Below are positions 36,717-45,856 of a DNA stretch of 64,000 bases, in pieces. Position 1 is the stretch's first letter. Every line of letters begins with the position of its first letter. Source of the stretch: Pseudomonadota bacterium (lineage in GTDB: Bacteria > Pseudomonadota > Gammaproteobacteria > Pseudomonadales > UBA5862); NCBI GenBank assembly GCA_034189125.1, contig JAXHVB010000094.1:5590-69589 (forward strand). Reading direction: 5' to 3'. The position numbers and the translations under genes are program-made. The notes under the pieces were generated by a model. It was not told where the DNA came from. It made no database searches and saw only the letters and a program-made list of their open reading frames with translations.

Positions 36717-37262
36717 TTGGAGCAGTTCCACGGCACCACCATTGTGTCTGTGCGTCGCGACGATGCGGTCGTGATCGCAGGGGACGGCCAGGTCACCCTT
36801 GGCAACACGGTACTCAAGGGCAACGCGCGTAAGGTGCGCCGGTTGTACAACGACCGGGTGCTTGCCGGGTTCGCCGGTGGAACCGCTGACGCGTTCACCC
36901 TGTTCGAGCGGTTCGAAGCACAGCTGGAAAAGTACCAGGGCAATCTGGTGCGCTCCGCGGTGGAGTTGGCCAAGGATTGGCGCACCGACCGCGCACTGCG
37001 CCGCCTTGAGGCGTTGCTCGCGGTTGCCGATGCCGAACACTCACTGATCATCACCGGCAATGGCGATGTCGTGGACCCCGAACGCAGCCTGATCGCCATC
37101 GGCTCAGGCGGGCCGTTCGCCCAGGCCGCCGCTCGGGCTTTGCTTGAGAACACCGACCTTGGCGCTCAAGAGATTGCCGAAAAGGCGCTGGGCATCGCTG
37201 CCGACATCTGCATTTACACCAACCACCAATTTACCGTCGAAACCATCCAGCTGACCGACTGA
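36717..37262 (+). CDS. hslV: ATP-dependent protease subunit HslV
   Basis: (M)[46 protein letters not shown] start lies 3 nt after GGAGAGG (36707-36713). Confidence 0.94.
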   Translation: MEQFHGTTIVSVRRDDAVVIAGDGQVTLGNTVLKGNARKVRRLYNDRVLAGFAGGTADAFTLFERFEAQLEKYQGNLVRSAVELAKDWRTDRALRRLEALLAVADAEHSLIITGNGDVVDPERSLIAIGSGGPFAQAAARALLENTDLGAQEIAEKALGIAADICIYTNHQFTVETIQLTD

Positions 37263-37275
37263 ACCCGATCTTTTC

Positions 37276-38616
37276 ATGCCAAATCTGACGCCCCGCGAAA
37301 TCGTTCACGAACTCGACAAACACATCGTCGGCCAGTCCGCGGCCAAGCGCGCAGTGGCCATCGCCCTGCGCAACCGCTGGCGGCGCCTGCAACTGGACGA
37401 CGCGCTGCGTGGCGAGGTCACACCCAAAAACATCCTCATGATCGGCCCGACCGGGGTCGGAAAGACCGAAATTGCCCGCCGACTCGCCAAACTCGCAGGC
37501 GCCCCCTTTATTAAGGTCGAAGCCACCAAGTTCACCGAAGTCGGCTACGTTGGACGGGATGTGGAGTCGATCATCCGGGACCTGGTCGATGTTTCCATCA
37601 ACCTGCTGCGCGACACCAAGCTGCGCGAGGTGCGGCCCCAGGCGGAACTGGCAGCGGAAGAACGGATTTTGGACGCACTCTTGCCGGCACCCAGGTACGA
37701 CAGCAACGACGCGGATGCCTCCAGGTCTTCCTCTACCCGGCAGATCTTCCGCAAGAAACTGCGCGAAGGTGACTTCGACGACAAGGAGATCGAAATCGAA
37801 GTCGCCAATCGCCCCGCCGGCGTTGAAATCATGGCGCCCCCGGGAATGGAGGAAATGACCAGTCAACTGCAGAGCATGTTCTCCAAGATGGGTGCGCAAC
37901 AGAAGCGCAAGCGCCGGCTGTCGGTCCGGGACGCATGGCGCCAACTTTGCGAGGAAGAAGCCCTTCGACTGGTCAACGAAGAGGAGTTGAAAGCCGCGGC
38001 AATCGATGCGGTCGAGCAAACCGGAATCGTGTTTGTGGATGAAATCGACAAAGTCAGCAAGCGGGCTGAATCCGGGGGCGCCGACGTGTCCCGGGAAGGG
38101 GTCCAGCGAGACCTGCTGCCCTTGATTGAAGGCTGCACGGTGACCACCAAATATGGCATGGTCCGTACCGACCACATCCTGTTCATCGCCTCGGGCGCCT
38201 TTCACCTGACCCGCCCGTCCGATTTGATTCCAGAGTTGCAAGGACGCTTGCCAATCCGGGTGGAGCTTGAGGCGCTCACGCCCAGGGATTTTCAACGCAT
38301 TCTCACCGAACCAGATGCCTCTCTCATTCGCCAGTACCGGGCATTGCTCGCCACCGAAGCGCTGCAGATCGAGTTCGAGGACGCCGCCATCGAAGCGATT
38401 GCACAATCGGCGTGGGAGGTGAACGAGCGCACCGAGAACATTGGCGCCCGCCGCCTCCACACCGTGATGGAACGGCTGCTTGAGCAACTGTCCTTTGAGG
38501 CTGCAGACCTGGCCGCAAGCCAACCTGAAGCCACTGTTCGAATCGATGCGGCCTATGTTGAGGAGCACCTGGGTGAGCTGGCCCACAATGAAGACCTCAG
38601 CCGGTACATCCTGTAA
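37276..38616 (+). CDS. hslU: ATP-dependent protease ATPase subunit HslU
   Basis: [31 protein letters not shown] and FVDEIDK. Length is 446 aa. Confidence 0.97.
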   Translation: MPNLTPREIVHELDKHIVGQSAAKRAVAIALRNRWRRLQLDDALRGEVTPKNILMIGPTGVGKTEIARRLAKLAGAPFIKVEATKFTEVGYVGRDVESIIRDLVDVSINLLRDTKLREVRPQAELAAEERILDALLPAPRYDSNDADASRSSSTRQIFRKKLREGDFDDKEIEIEVANRPAGVEIMAPPGMEEMTSQLQSMFSKMGAQQKRKRRLSVRDAWRQLCEEEALRLVNEEELKAAAIDAVEQTGIVFVDEIDKVSKRAESGGADVSREGVQRDLLPLIEGCTVTTKYGMVRTDHILFIASGAFHLTRPSDLIPELQGRLPIRVELEALTPRDFQRILTEPDASLIRQYRALLATEALQIEFEDAAIEAIAQSAWEVNERTENIGARRLHTVMERLLEQLSFEAADLAASQPEATVRIDAAYVEEHLGELAHNEDLSRYIL

Positions 38617-38995
38617 GGCCAGAACCCTGGACCCCACACCCAAAGAGGTTCATCTGCACCGCGTTTCAGGGTACCTGGAACTGACCTATGCGGATGGGCG
38701 CCGCAGCCGGCTGCCGGCTGAATACTTGCGGGTGCACTCACCTTCGGCTGAAGTGCGCGGGCATGGCCCGGGCCAGAGCCGACTGGTGACCGGCAAGCGC
38801 GACGTCGGCATTGACCGCATCGAGGCGGTGGGCCGCTACGCGCTGCGCATCTGCTTCGACGATGGCCACGACAGCGGCCTCTACACTTGGGAGTACCTCG
38901 CAGAGCTGGGTGCCAGCCAGCAGGAGCGCTGGGCCAGTTACCTCGACCGGCTGCAGGCCGAAGGCCACACACCCAGGCCAGACGCGGGCACCTGA
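38588..38995 (+). CDS. DUF971 (gamma-butyrobetaine hydroxylase-like N-terminal domain) protein
   Basis: [16 protein letters not shown] and [21 protein letters not shown]. Its position after hslU matches Pseudomonas. The start is uncertain: ATG 38588 overlaps hslU by 29 nt, and the only later in-frame option is CTG 38627. Confidence 0.75.
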   Translation: MKTSAGTSCKARTLDPTPKEVHLHRVSGYLELTYADGRRSRLPAEYLRVHSPSAEVRGHGPGQSRLVTGKRDVGIDRIEAVGRYALRICFDDGHDSGLYTWEYLAELGASQQERWASYLDRLQAEGHTPRPDAGT

Positions 38996-39031
38996 GCTGG
39001 CCGCAGACCCTGCCCTTGCGCCACGGCAAGG

Positions 39032-39051
39032 CCCAAGCGCTACAATGGCGC
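39032..39051 (+). promoter_or_regulatory. TACAAT-containing 20-nt module upstream of ubiE (candidate -10 region)
   Basis: CCCAAGCGCTACAATGGCGC, with the TACAAT hexamer (39041-39046) ending 24 nt before the ubiE ATG and GGAGAG at 39061-39066. It matches 26292-26311 at 18 of 20 positions. Confidence 0.4.
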
Positions 39052-39070
39052 CCCGAGCCTGGAGAGCCGC

Positions 39071-39844
39071 ATGACCGAAGCTGAACAGCCTGCACCCGCG
39101 CGCGACAACAAAACCCATTTCGGTTTTCGCCAAGTCCCCGCCGGCGACAAGGCCCACCATGTCAAGCAGGTGTTCGACTCCGTGGCCTCGCGCTACGACC
39201 TGATGAACGACCTCATGTCCTTCGGCATCCACCGCCTGTGGAAGCTCCTCACCGCCGAGGTGAGTGCGTTGCGGCCAGGCGACCGGGTGCTGGACGTCGC
39301 AGCCGGCACCGGAGACCTCTGCCGGCTGTACAGTCGCAAGGTCGGCCCGACCGGGCAGGTGGTCATGACCGACATCAACGCCGCCATGCTCGAAACCGGA
39401 CGCGACCGGCTGCTCAATCAAGGCGTCGGTGGTCGGGTGCAGTTCAGCTTGGCCGATGCCGAACAGCTGCCCTTCGCCGGCAACAGCTTCGACCTGGTGT
39501 CGATTGGCTTTGGTCTGCGCAACGTCACCGACAAGGATGCCGCCCTGCGGGAGATGCACCGGGTGCTGCGTCCCGGCGGCCAGCTGCTTGTGCTTGAGTT
39601 TTCCAAGCCAGTGTTTCGGCCGCTGGCGAAGCTGTACGACCAGTATTCATTTCGGGTATTGCCAAAGCTCGGCAGTTGGGTCGCGGGAGACGCTGAAAGC
39701 TACCGCTACCTCGCTGAATCCATCCGCATGCACCCGAGCCAAGAGGTGCTGCTGCGGCAACTGGAAGCGGCCGGGTTCAGCCGCTGCCGCTACCACAACC
39801 TCAGCGGTGGCATTGTCGCGCTGCACCGGGGCCGCAAGGCCTAG
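39071..39844 (+). CDS. ubiE: ubiquinone/menaquinone biosynthesis C-methyltransferase
   Basis: [35 protein letters not shown] and [10 protein letters not shown]. Confidence 0.96.
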   Translation: MTEAEQPAPARDNKTHFGFRQVPAGDKAHHVKQVFDSVASRYDLMNDLMSFGIHRLWKLLTAEVSALRPGDRVLDVAAGTGDLCRLYSRKVGPTGQVVMTDINAAMLETGRDRLLNQGVGGRVQFSLADAEQLPFAGNSFDLVSIGFGLRNVTDKDAALREMHRVLRPGGQLLVLEFSKPVFRPLAKLYDQYSFRVLPKLGSWVAGDAESYRYLAESIRMHPSQEVLLRQLEAAGFSRCRYHNLSGGIVALHRGRKA

Positions 39845-39851
39845 TCGGTCA

Positions 39852-40469
39852 GTGGCCGCCAGCCTGCCGGCTCCCATCCGCACAGCCATCGAGGGCCTGT
39901 TGCGTCACGCGCTTGGCCAGAGCCCCAACGCCCAGAAACAACTCGGTCAGCTGATTGGCCGCCCGCTGGATGTCCACTGCCTGGCGCCCCCCGTGGCCGT
40001 GCGCCTCACTGCCAACCTGCAGGGCATTGGTCTCGAGGCGGTTGAGGGGCCGTCCGCCCCCGCCAGGGTTCAGTTCTCAAACCCGGACCTGCTGCGCACG
40101 CTGGTGACCGCGGAACCGCCACTGGCAGCGCTGCATGCCCAGGGAGACGTAGAGCTGGCAAGTGACTGGCAGCGCCTGCTCACTGAGCTGGACCTCGATT
40201 GGGAGGCGCTGCTGGCACTGGGTGTCGGGGACATCGGCGCCCATCAACTGGGCCGCGGGCTGCGCGCCGGGTGGCGGTGGCTTCGTCAGCACCGAGAACG
40301 GACGGATTTCATCCTCCGCGAGTACCTGCACGAGGAGACCGCCCCGCTGGTCACCGGCGCTGCAGCTGAGACTTTTTTCTCTACGGTGGACGCGGTGCAA
40401 CTCCAGACCGACCGACTCGAGGCCCGCCTGGCGGCGCTGCGCGAAGCGCTGGAGCCCGCGCAACCGTGA
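39852..40469 (+). CDS. ubiJ: ubiquinone biosynthesis accessory factor UbiJ (SCP2 domain)
   Basis: GTG start 8 nt after the ubiE stop. About 205 aa with an SCP2-like N-terminal half and a helical C-terminus. It sits between ubiE and ubiB. The track ORF from 39429 is an extension. Confidence 0.75.
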   Translation: MAASLPAPIRTAIEGLLRHALGQSPNAQKQLGQLIGRPLDVHCLAPPVAVRLTANLQGIGLEAVEGPSAPARVQFSNPDLLRTLVTAEPPLAALHAQGDVELASDWQRLLTELDLDWEALLALGVGDIGAHQLGRGLRAGWRWLRQHRERTDFILREYLHEETAPLVTGAAAETFFSTVDAVQLQTDRLEARLAALREALEPAQP

Positions 40470-42031
40470 AAGAACTGGCTCGGCTCAGACGCATCCTGTG
40501 GGTGGTGGTGCGCCACCGGTTGTTTGATCTCGGCGGGGACTGGAACCCGCCATTGGCTCTGGCCCTGTGTCTGGCCCCGTTGCGGATGCTGCCAGCCCCG
40601 AAAACGCCGCGGGGCGAGCGCTTGCGCCTCGCCCTCGAATCCCTTGGTCCCATTTATGTCAAGTTCGGGCAACTGCTTTCGACCCGCAGAGACCTGCTGC
40701 CCCCAGACATCGCCGATGAGCTGCGCGAACTCCAGGACAACGTGCCGCCGTTCGCCGCCACCACAGCCGTCGGACTGGTGGAATCGGCACTGGGTGCACC
40801 CCTCGACCAACACTTCGCGTGGTTTGACACAGAACCCTTGGCCTCCGCCTCCATCGCCCAGGTTCACCTGGCGCGCCTGCCCGACGGCGACGAAGTCTGT
40901 GTGAAGGTGATCCGTCCGGGCATCGGGCGAATCATCGCCGCAGACTTGCGGCTGCTGCACCGACTGGCAAGGCTTGCCGAGCGCCACTCCGCGCAAGCCC
41001 GGCGGTTGCGATTAACCGCAGTGGTTGCCGACTATGACCTAACCATCCACAACGAGCTGGACCTGCGGCTGGAAGCGGGCAACACCGCACAACTGCGACG
41101 CAACTTCGCGTATTCTCCGCTGCTCTATGTGCCCCAAGTCCAGTTTGAGCTGACCCGCCAGAATGTATTGGTCACCGAACGGATCCACGGCATCCCCATC
41201 GCTGACATCCAAGGACTGCGCGCTGCCGGGGTCGACCTGCGCCAGTTGGCCTTGCGGGGGGTGGAGATCTTTTTTACCCAGTTGTTCGAGCACAATTTTT
41301 TTCATGCCGACATGCACCCCGGCAACATCTTCGTGGATGTCACACGACCCGACAGCCCCCGCTACATCGCGATCGATTGCGCCATCATCGGTTCACTGTC
41401 GCAGCAAGACCAGCACTACATGGCCAGCACGCTCTATGCTTTCTTCCAGCGCGACTACCACGAGGTCGCGCGGCTGCACGTGGAGTCCGGCTGGGTCGAC
41501 CCCGACACCCGAGTACACGATTTCGAGAACGCGATTCGCAGCGTCTGCGAACCCATCTTCGCCAAGCCGTTGCGGGAGATTTCGCTGGGGTACGTGCTGA
41601 TTTATCTGTTTCAGACCGCGCAGCGGTTCAACATGGAGGTGCAACCTCAGTTGGTGCTGTTGCAGAAAACCCTGCTCAACATCGAGGGTCTGGGTCGCGA
41701 ACTGTACCCAGAGCTTGACCTGTGGGAAACAGCCTATCCTTTTCTCAAACGGTGGATGCACGAGCGCCACAGCCCGATTAAGCTGTGGCAAGCTGTGCGT
41801 GATCAGGCGCCACGCTGGCTCGACCGACTGCCCGAATTGCCAGAGCTGGGCTTGCAGGCGCTGGATCAGCGTGGTGCTCTGGAGCGCCAGCAGATTGTCC
41901 TGCAGGGCGAATTGAGCCAGCTGCGCGGCCAGATGAAGCGCCAGGCGCGGGTGGCAGCCTGGTGGCGCATCACCGGCGTCTTGGTGCTTGGTGCCGCTGG
42001 AATCTGGGCGATGCGGGGTGCGCTCGAATGA
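40466..42031 (+). CDS. ubiB: ubiquinone biosynthesis regulatory kinase-like protein UbiB
   Basis: [30 protein letters not shown] and [11 protein letters not shown], plus two C-terminal TM helices. GTGA overlap with ubiJ. Confidence 0.95.
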   Translation: MKELARLRRILWVVVRHRLFDLGGDWNPPLALALCLAPLRMLPAPKTPRGERLRLALESLGPIYVKFGQLLSTRRDLLPPDIADELRELQDNVPPFAATTAVGLVESALGAPLDQHFAWFDTEPLASASIAQVHLARLPDGDEVCVKVIRPGIGRIIAADLRLLHRLARLAERHSAQARRLRLTAVVADYDLTIHNELDLRLEAGNTAQLRRNFAYSPLLYVPQVQFELTRQNVLVTERIHGIPIADIQGLRAAGVDLRQLALRGVEIFFTQLFEHNFFHADMHPGNIFVDVTRPDSPRYIAIDCAIIGSLSQQDQHYMASTLYAFFQRDYHEVARLHVESGWVDPDTRVHDFENAIRSVCEPIFAKPLREISLGYVLIYLFQTAQRFNMEVQPQLVLLQKTLLNIEGLGRELYPELDLWETAYPFLKRWMHERHSPIKLWQAVRDQAPRWLDRLPELPELGLQALDQRGALERQQIVLQGELSQLRGQMKRQARVAAWWRITGVLVLGAAGIWAMRGALE

Positions 42032-42408
42032 ATCCGTCCGGGAGACCAGAATTGGCAACACAGATCCTTGATGCTCTGGACAGGGTGCTTGCAGCCCGCC
42101 GTGACCAAGACCCGGAAGCCAGCTATGTCGCCAGCCTGCACCACAAAGGTATGGACAAAATCCTGGAAAAGGTGGGTGAAGAGGCCATTGAAACCTTGAT
42201 CGCGGCCAAAAACGCCGCGAATGTCGGCACAGACCCGCTGGTGCGGGAGACCGCAGACCTGTGGTTCCACAGCCTGGTGATGCTCTCGCACCTTGGACTC
42301 AGCCACCGCGACGTGCTTGAAGAACTGGCCCGCCGCTTCGGCGTTTCTGGACACGAAGAGAAGGCGGCCCGCGACCCTGGCCGCGGCCCCCAACCAACCG
42401 CCACTTAG
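42028..42408 (+). CDS. hisE: phosphoribosyl-ATP pyrophosphatase
   Basis: [30 protein letters not shown] and [17 protein letters not shown] overlap with the ubiB stop. Confidence 0.9.
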   Translation: MNPSGRPELATQILDALDRVLAARRDQDPEASYVASLHHKGMDKILEKVGEEAIETLIAAKNAANVGTDPLVRETADLWFHSLVMLSHLGLSHRDVLEELARRFGVSGHEEKAARDPGRGPQPTAT

Positions 42409-42427
42409 CATCGACGAGGTAAACCCC

Positions 42428-42658
42428 ATGGGCTTTGGTGGAATCAGTATCTGGCAATTGGCGATCGTTCTGGTCATCGTGGTGCTGCTGTTTGGCACCA
42501 AGAAACTGCGCAACCTGGGTGGAGACCTGGGCAGCGCAGTGCGTGGCTTCCGCAAGGCAGTCAGCGAAGACGAAGACCCGGAACGGCTGGACAACCCAAC
42601 CCAACCGGGCGTCCAAGAAACGACCCCCACGAAAGACCGCGAGGAGCAACCCCGCTAG
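42428..42658 (+). CDS. tatA: twin-arginine translocase subunit TatA
   Basis: [35 protein letters not shown]. Confidence 0.95.
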   Translation: MGFGGISIWQLAIVLVIVVLLFGTKKLRNLGGDLGSAVRGFRKAVSEDEDPERLDNPTQPGVQETTPTKDREEQPR

Positions 42659-42667
42659 GAAAGCGCC

Positions 42668-42988
42668 ATGTTCGACATCGGCTTTGCGGAATTGCTCGTG
42701 ATCGCGGTGGTGGGACTGCTGGTGCTGGGTCCTGATCGATTGCCGGAAGCCACCCGCACCGGAGTCCTTTGGCTTGGCCGCCTGCGCCGGTCACTCACCC
42801 GAGCCCGCGAAACCATCAGCCGCGAACTGAACACCGACGAAATCCGCCAGCAGCTGTACAACGAGGACATTCTCCGCGAGTTGCGCGAACGCGCCCACTC
42901 CACCGACACCACTTTCCCGGAGCCACCGATCGCACCGTCCCCGGAAAGCGGCCCCGAACCCAGCCGAGCCGATCAGCGTGACGGATGA
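42668..42988 (+). CDS. tatB: twin-arginine translocase subunit TatB
   Basis: MFDIGFAELLVIAVVGLLVLGPDRLP. Confidence 0.93.
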   Translation: MFDIGFAELLVIAVVGLLVLGPDRLPEATRTGVLWLGRLRRSLTRARETISRELNTDEIRQQLYNEDILRELRERAHSTDTTFPEPPIAPSPESGPEPSRADQRDG

Positions 42989-43727
42989 CCAACCGCCATC
43001 CGGCGCATCGATGTCTCTGATTGAGCACCTGCGAGAGTTGCGCGCCCGTCTGCTTCGCGCCGTGGCAGCGGTGCTGGTGGTGACCCTGGGGCTCACACCC
43101 TTTGCGAATCGGATCTACGCCTTCGCTTCGGCGCCTTTGCAGGCGCTGTTGCCACCAGGCAGCAGCATGATCGCCACAGAGGTGACTTCACCGTTTTTCG
43201 CGCCGTTCAAACTGACCCTCGTCGCCGCCGTGTTCATTGCGATCCCGGTGATCCTGCACCAGGCCTGGGCATTCATCGCACCGGGTTTATATGGCCACGA
43301 GCGGCGCCTGGCACTGCCGATCCTGTTCTCCAGCACCCTGCTGTTCTACCTTGGCGTGGCCTTCGCTTACTTCGTGGTGCTGCCACTCGTGTTCGCCTTT
43401 TTCACCAGCGTGGGTCCGAGCGGCGTGCAGGTCATGACGGACATCAATGCCTACCTCGATTTCATCTTGAAGCTGTTTTTTGCTTTCGGACTGGCGTTCG
43501 AAATCCCCATCGCAACCCTGCTCCTGATCCGGGGGCGGGTCATCTCGGCCGACGCTTTGGCCGCCAAACGCCCCTATGTGGTCATCGCCTGTTTCATTGC
43601 CGGCATGCTGCTCACGCCCCCGGACATCATTTCCCAGACCATGCTCGCGCTACCCATGTGGCTCTTGTTCGAGGCGGGTATCCTGCTTGGCCGCTGGACC
43701 GGGCGGGCGCGCCCCACAACCCCATGA
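42978..43727 (+). CDS. tatC: twin-arginine translocase subunit TatC
   Basis: LIEHLRELRARLL and six TM helices. GTG start at 42978 overlaps tatB by 11 nt. An alternative ATG lies at 43011. Confidence 0.93.
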   Translation: MTDDQPPSGASMSLIEHLRELRARLLRAVAAVLVVTLGLTPFANRIYAFASAPLQALLPPGSSMIATEVTSPFFAPFKLTLVAAVFIAIPVILHQAWAFIAPGLYGHERRLALPILFSSTLLFYLGVAFAYFVVLPLVFAFFTSVGPSGVQVMTDINAYLDFILKLFFAFGLAFEIPIATLLLIRGRVISADALAAKRPYVVIACFIAGMLLTPPDIISQTMLALPMWLLFEAGILLGRWTGRARPTTP

Positions 43728-44200
43728 CCTCCAGGCTGGAGCTGGCCGAGTACCTGCGCAGCCTGCCGCGCAAGCGAATGTCCGCCGGCGCGGTGCTCAC
43801 CGACGCGCGGGGCCACTGGCTGATGGTGAAGCCGACCTATCGGGCCGGCTGGTCCATTCCCGGCGGGGTGGTCGAGGCGGACGAATCACCACGCCGCGCC
43901 TGCCAGCGTGAAGTCTTCGAAGAAACCGGCCTCGCGATCGAACCACACCCGTTGTTGTTGGTGGACTACGCACCAAGCCAAGGGGACCTGGTCGAAGGGG
44001 TTCATTTCGTCTTCGGCGCGGACCGCTGCGAAGCCGAGGTCGAGATTCGACTGGCCGATGACGAACTCTCGGCCTGGCGGTTCGTGCCACCTAAGACCGC
44101 GATCCAACTCGCCGAGCCAGGCCTGTCGCGTCGCTTGGCCGCGTTGGTCGAGGAAGGCCTGCCACGCCCGGTCTATCTCGAGCAGGGCTCAGCGCGTTGA
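43724..44200 (+). CDS. NUDIX hydrolase
   Basis: Nudix box GGVVEADESPRRACQREVFEETGL. ATGA overlap with the tatC stop. Confidence 0.85.
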   Translation: MTSRLELAEYLRSLPRKRMSAGAVLTDARGHWLMVKPTYRAGWSIPGGVVEADESPRRACQREVFEETGLAIEPHPLLLVDYAPSQGDLVEGVHFVFGADRCEAEVEIRLADDELSAWRFVPPKTAIQLAEPGLSRRLAALVEEGLPRPVYLEQGSAR

Positions 44201-44216
44201 CCGACCTGCCAGGACA

Positions 44217-44654
44217 CTAGCCTTCGAGCCAAAAGGTGGCGGGCCCCTGGTTCACCAACTCGACCGCCATGTCAGCACCGAAGCGTCCAGTCTGCACCTC
44301 AAGCCCTGCCTCACCGGCCACGGCCACCAGGTGCGAGAACAGCGCCTGGCCATGCGCTGGGTCCGCACCCCGGGAGAAGCCTGGCCGCAGGCCGCGCCGC
44401 GTGTCGGCCACGAGCGTAAACTGAGGCACCAGCAGCAGCCCACCCGCGACCTCCAGCAGGCTTTGGTTCATGCGTCCCCGGTCATCCGGAAAGATGCGGT
44501 AGCGCAGCATCCGTTGAAACAGTCGGGAAACCCGTTGCGGGTCGTCGTCTACCTCGAAGCCAACCAGGGCGAGCAGGCCCGCATCAATGCTCCCCACGAC
44601 GGCGTCCGCGATCCGCACCTCCGCACGGCTGACCCGCTGCAACAGTGCCTTCAC
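44217..44654 (-). CDS. dtd: D-aminoacyl-tRNA deacylase
   Basis: (M)KALLQRVSRAEV...GLLALVG...FTLVADTRRGLRPGFS. GTG start at 44654 lies 16 nt after the pip stop. The track ORF to 44798 is an extension. Confidence 0.92.
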   Translation of the reverse strand: MKALLQRVSRAEVRIADAVVGSIDAGLLALVGFEVDDDPQRVSRLFQRMLRYRIFPDDRGRMNQSLLEVAGGLLLVPQFTLVADTRRGLRPGFSRGADPAHGQALFSHLVAVAGEAGLEVQTGRFGADMAVELVNQGPATFWLEG

Positions 44655-44670
44655 AACATGCTGACCCGGC

Positions 44671-45627
44671 TCAGTCGTGCTGGAGCTCGCGCGCCATCGC
44701 GTCGGTGGCGCGCACCAGCGCGTCCACCGTGGCCGGCTCTGTCGCGCTGTGACCCGCGTCACGAATGATGTGCAATTCGGCATCGGGCCAGGCCGCATTC
44801 AAGGCCAGGGCGTTTTCCAATGGACAGACCATGTCGTAGCGCCCGTGGATCAGCACGGCGGGGATGCCGGCGAGCCGCTCGCAAGCGTTCAACAACTGGT
44901 TGGGCTGCAAAAACGCATCGTGCACGAAATAGTGGGTTTCGATGCGCGCCATCGCCAGGGCGCGCTGGGGCTTGAGCATGCGTTCCACCGCGGTGGTTGC
45001 GCTGCGCAGCGAAGAACACCGTGCCTCCCACAGGCACCAGGCCTTGGCTGCAGCCATGCGGGCGATTTCGTCTTCGCCATTGAGCCGCTGGTAGTAGGCC
45101 AACAACGGGTCCTTGCGCTCGGACGGCTGCAGCAAGCCAACAAAATCCTCCCAGTGGTCTGGGAAAATCCGATTCGCGCCCAAGCGATAAAACCAGTCGA
45201 GGTCCTGTTTGCGCGCAAGGAAAATCCCCCGCAGCACCAGCCCCATCACCCGGTCTGGGTGCGCTTGGGCGTACACCAGACTGAGCGTTGAGCCCCAGGA
45301 CCCACCGAACAGCATCCAGCGGTCCACGCCAACCAAACTGCGGATCGCTTCGATGTCAGCGAGCAGGTCCGGCGTGGTGTTCTCGGTGAGGCTGGCATGG
45401 GGCTCAGAACGGCCGCAACCGCGTTGATCGAAGCAAATGATGTGGAAGCGGGTCGGGTCGAAGAAACGCCGACTGCTGGCGTCGCACGCGGCGCCCGGCC
45501 CGCCGTGAACGAAGAGCACCGGCACGCCACCTTCGGTACCGCTTTCCTCGACGTACAGCACATGGCCACCGCTGACCGGCAGCCGGTGGCGACGAAAAGG
45601 CTTGATTTCGGGGTACAGCTGGTACAT
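44671..45627 (-). CDS. pip: prolyl aminopeptidase (proline iminopeptidase)
   Basis: MYQLYPEIKPF, FVHGGPGA, FDQRGCGRS and nucleophile elbow GGSWGSTL. The 508-aa track ORF is a 5' extension. Confidence 0.93.
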   Translation of the reverse strand: MYQLYPEIKPFRRHRLPVSGGHVLYVEESGTEGGVPVLFVHGGPGAACDASSRRFFDPTRFHIICFDQRGCGRSEPHASLTENTTPDLLADIEAIRSLVGVDRWMLFGGSWGSTLSLVYAQAHPDRVMGLVLRGIFLARKQDLDWFYRLGANRIFPDHWEDFVGLLQPSERKDPLLAYYQRLNGEDEIARMAAAKAWCLWEARCSSLRSATTAVERMLKPQRALAMARIETHYFVHDAFLQPNQLLNACERLAGIPAVLIHGRYDMVCPLENALALNAAWPDAELHIIRDAGHSATEPATVDALVRATDAMARELQHD

Positions 45628-45856
45628 GCGGGGGGCCTCCGGGTCAAACGGGCAGCGGGCGTCCAGGTTCCTGCGTCGCATTGTGGTGCCGGAGTCCACG
45701 CGACGCAATCGGCCACCAGGCCGCTGCGCGACGGCGCCACCGTCGATGCGCCAATCCACTGCTAAGCTTTTCAGGACCACAAAGACTGCTCGGCATTCAC
45801 ACTGCAACGGCAGCACTGTACTGGTTGGCCCCGGGACCAACGACTTGCGGAACCCC

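Noticed and set aside
37231-38643. 470-aa ORF on the - strand spanning all of hslU.
   Set aside because: In-register antisense of hslU, explained by the same codon-bias argument. hslU itself is unambiguous.
45672-45707. 8-bp inverted repeat TGCGTCGC/GCGACGCA in the pip / PAS-GGDEF-EAL divergent promoter, considered as an operator.
   Set aside because: It is short with a 20-nt spacer, and this is expected by chance in GC-rich DNA. There is no adjacent regulator gene to link it to.
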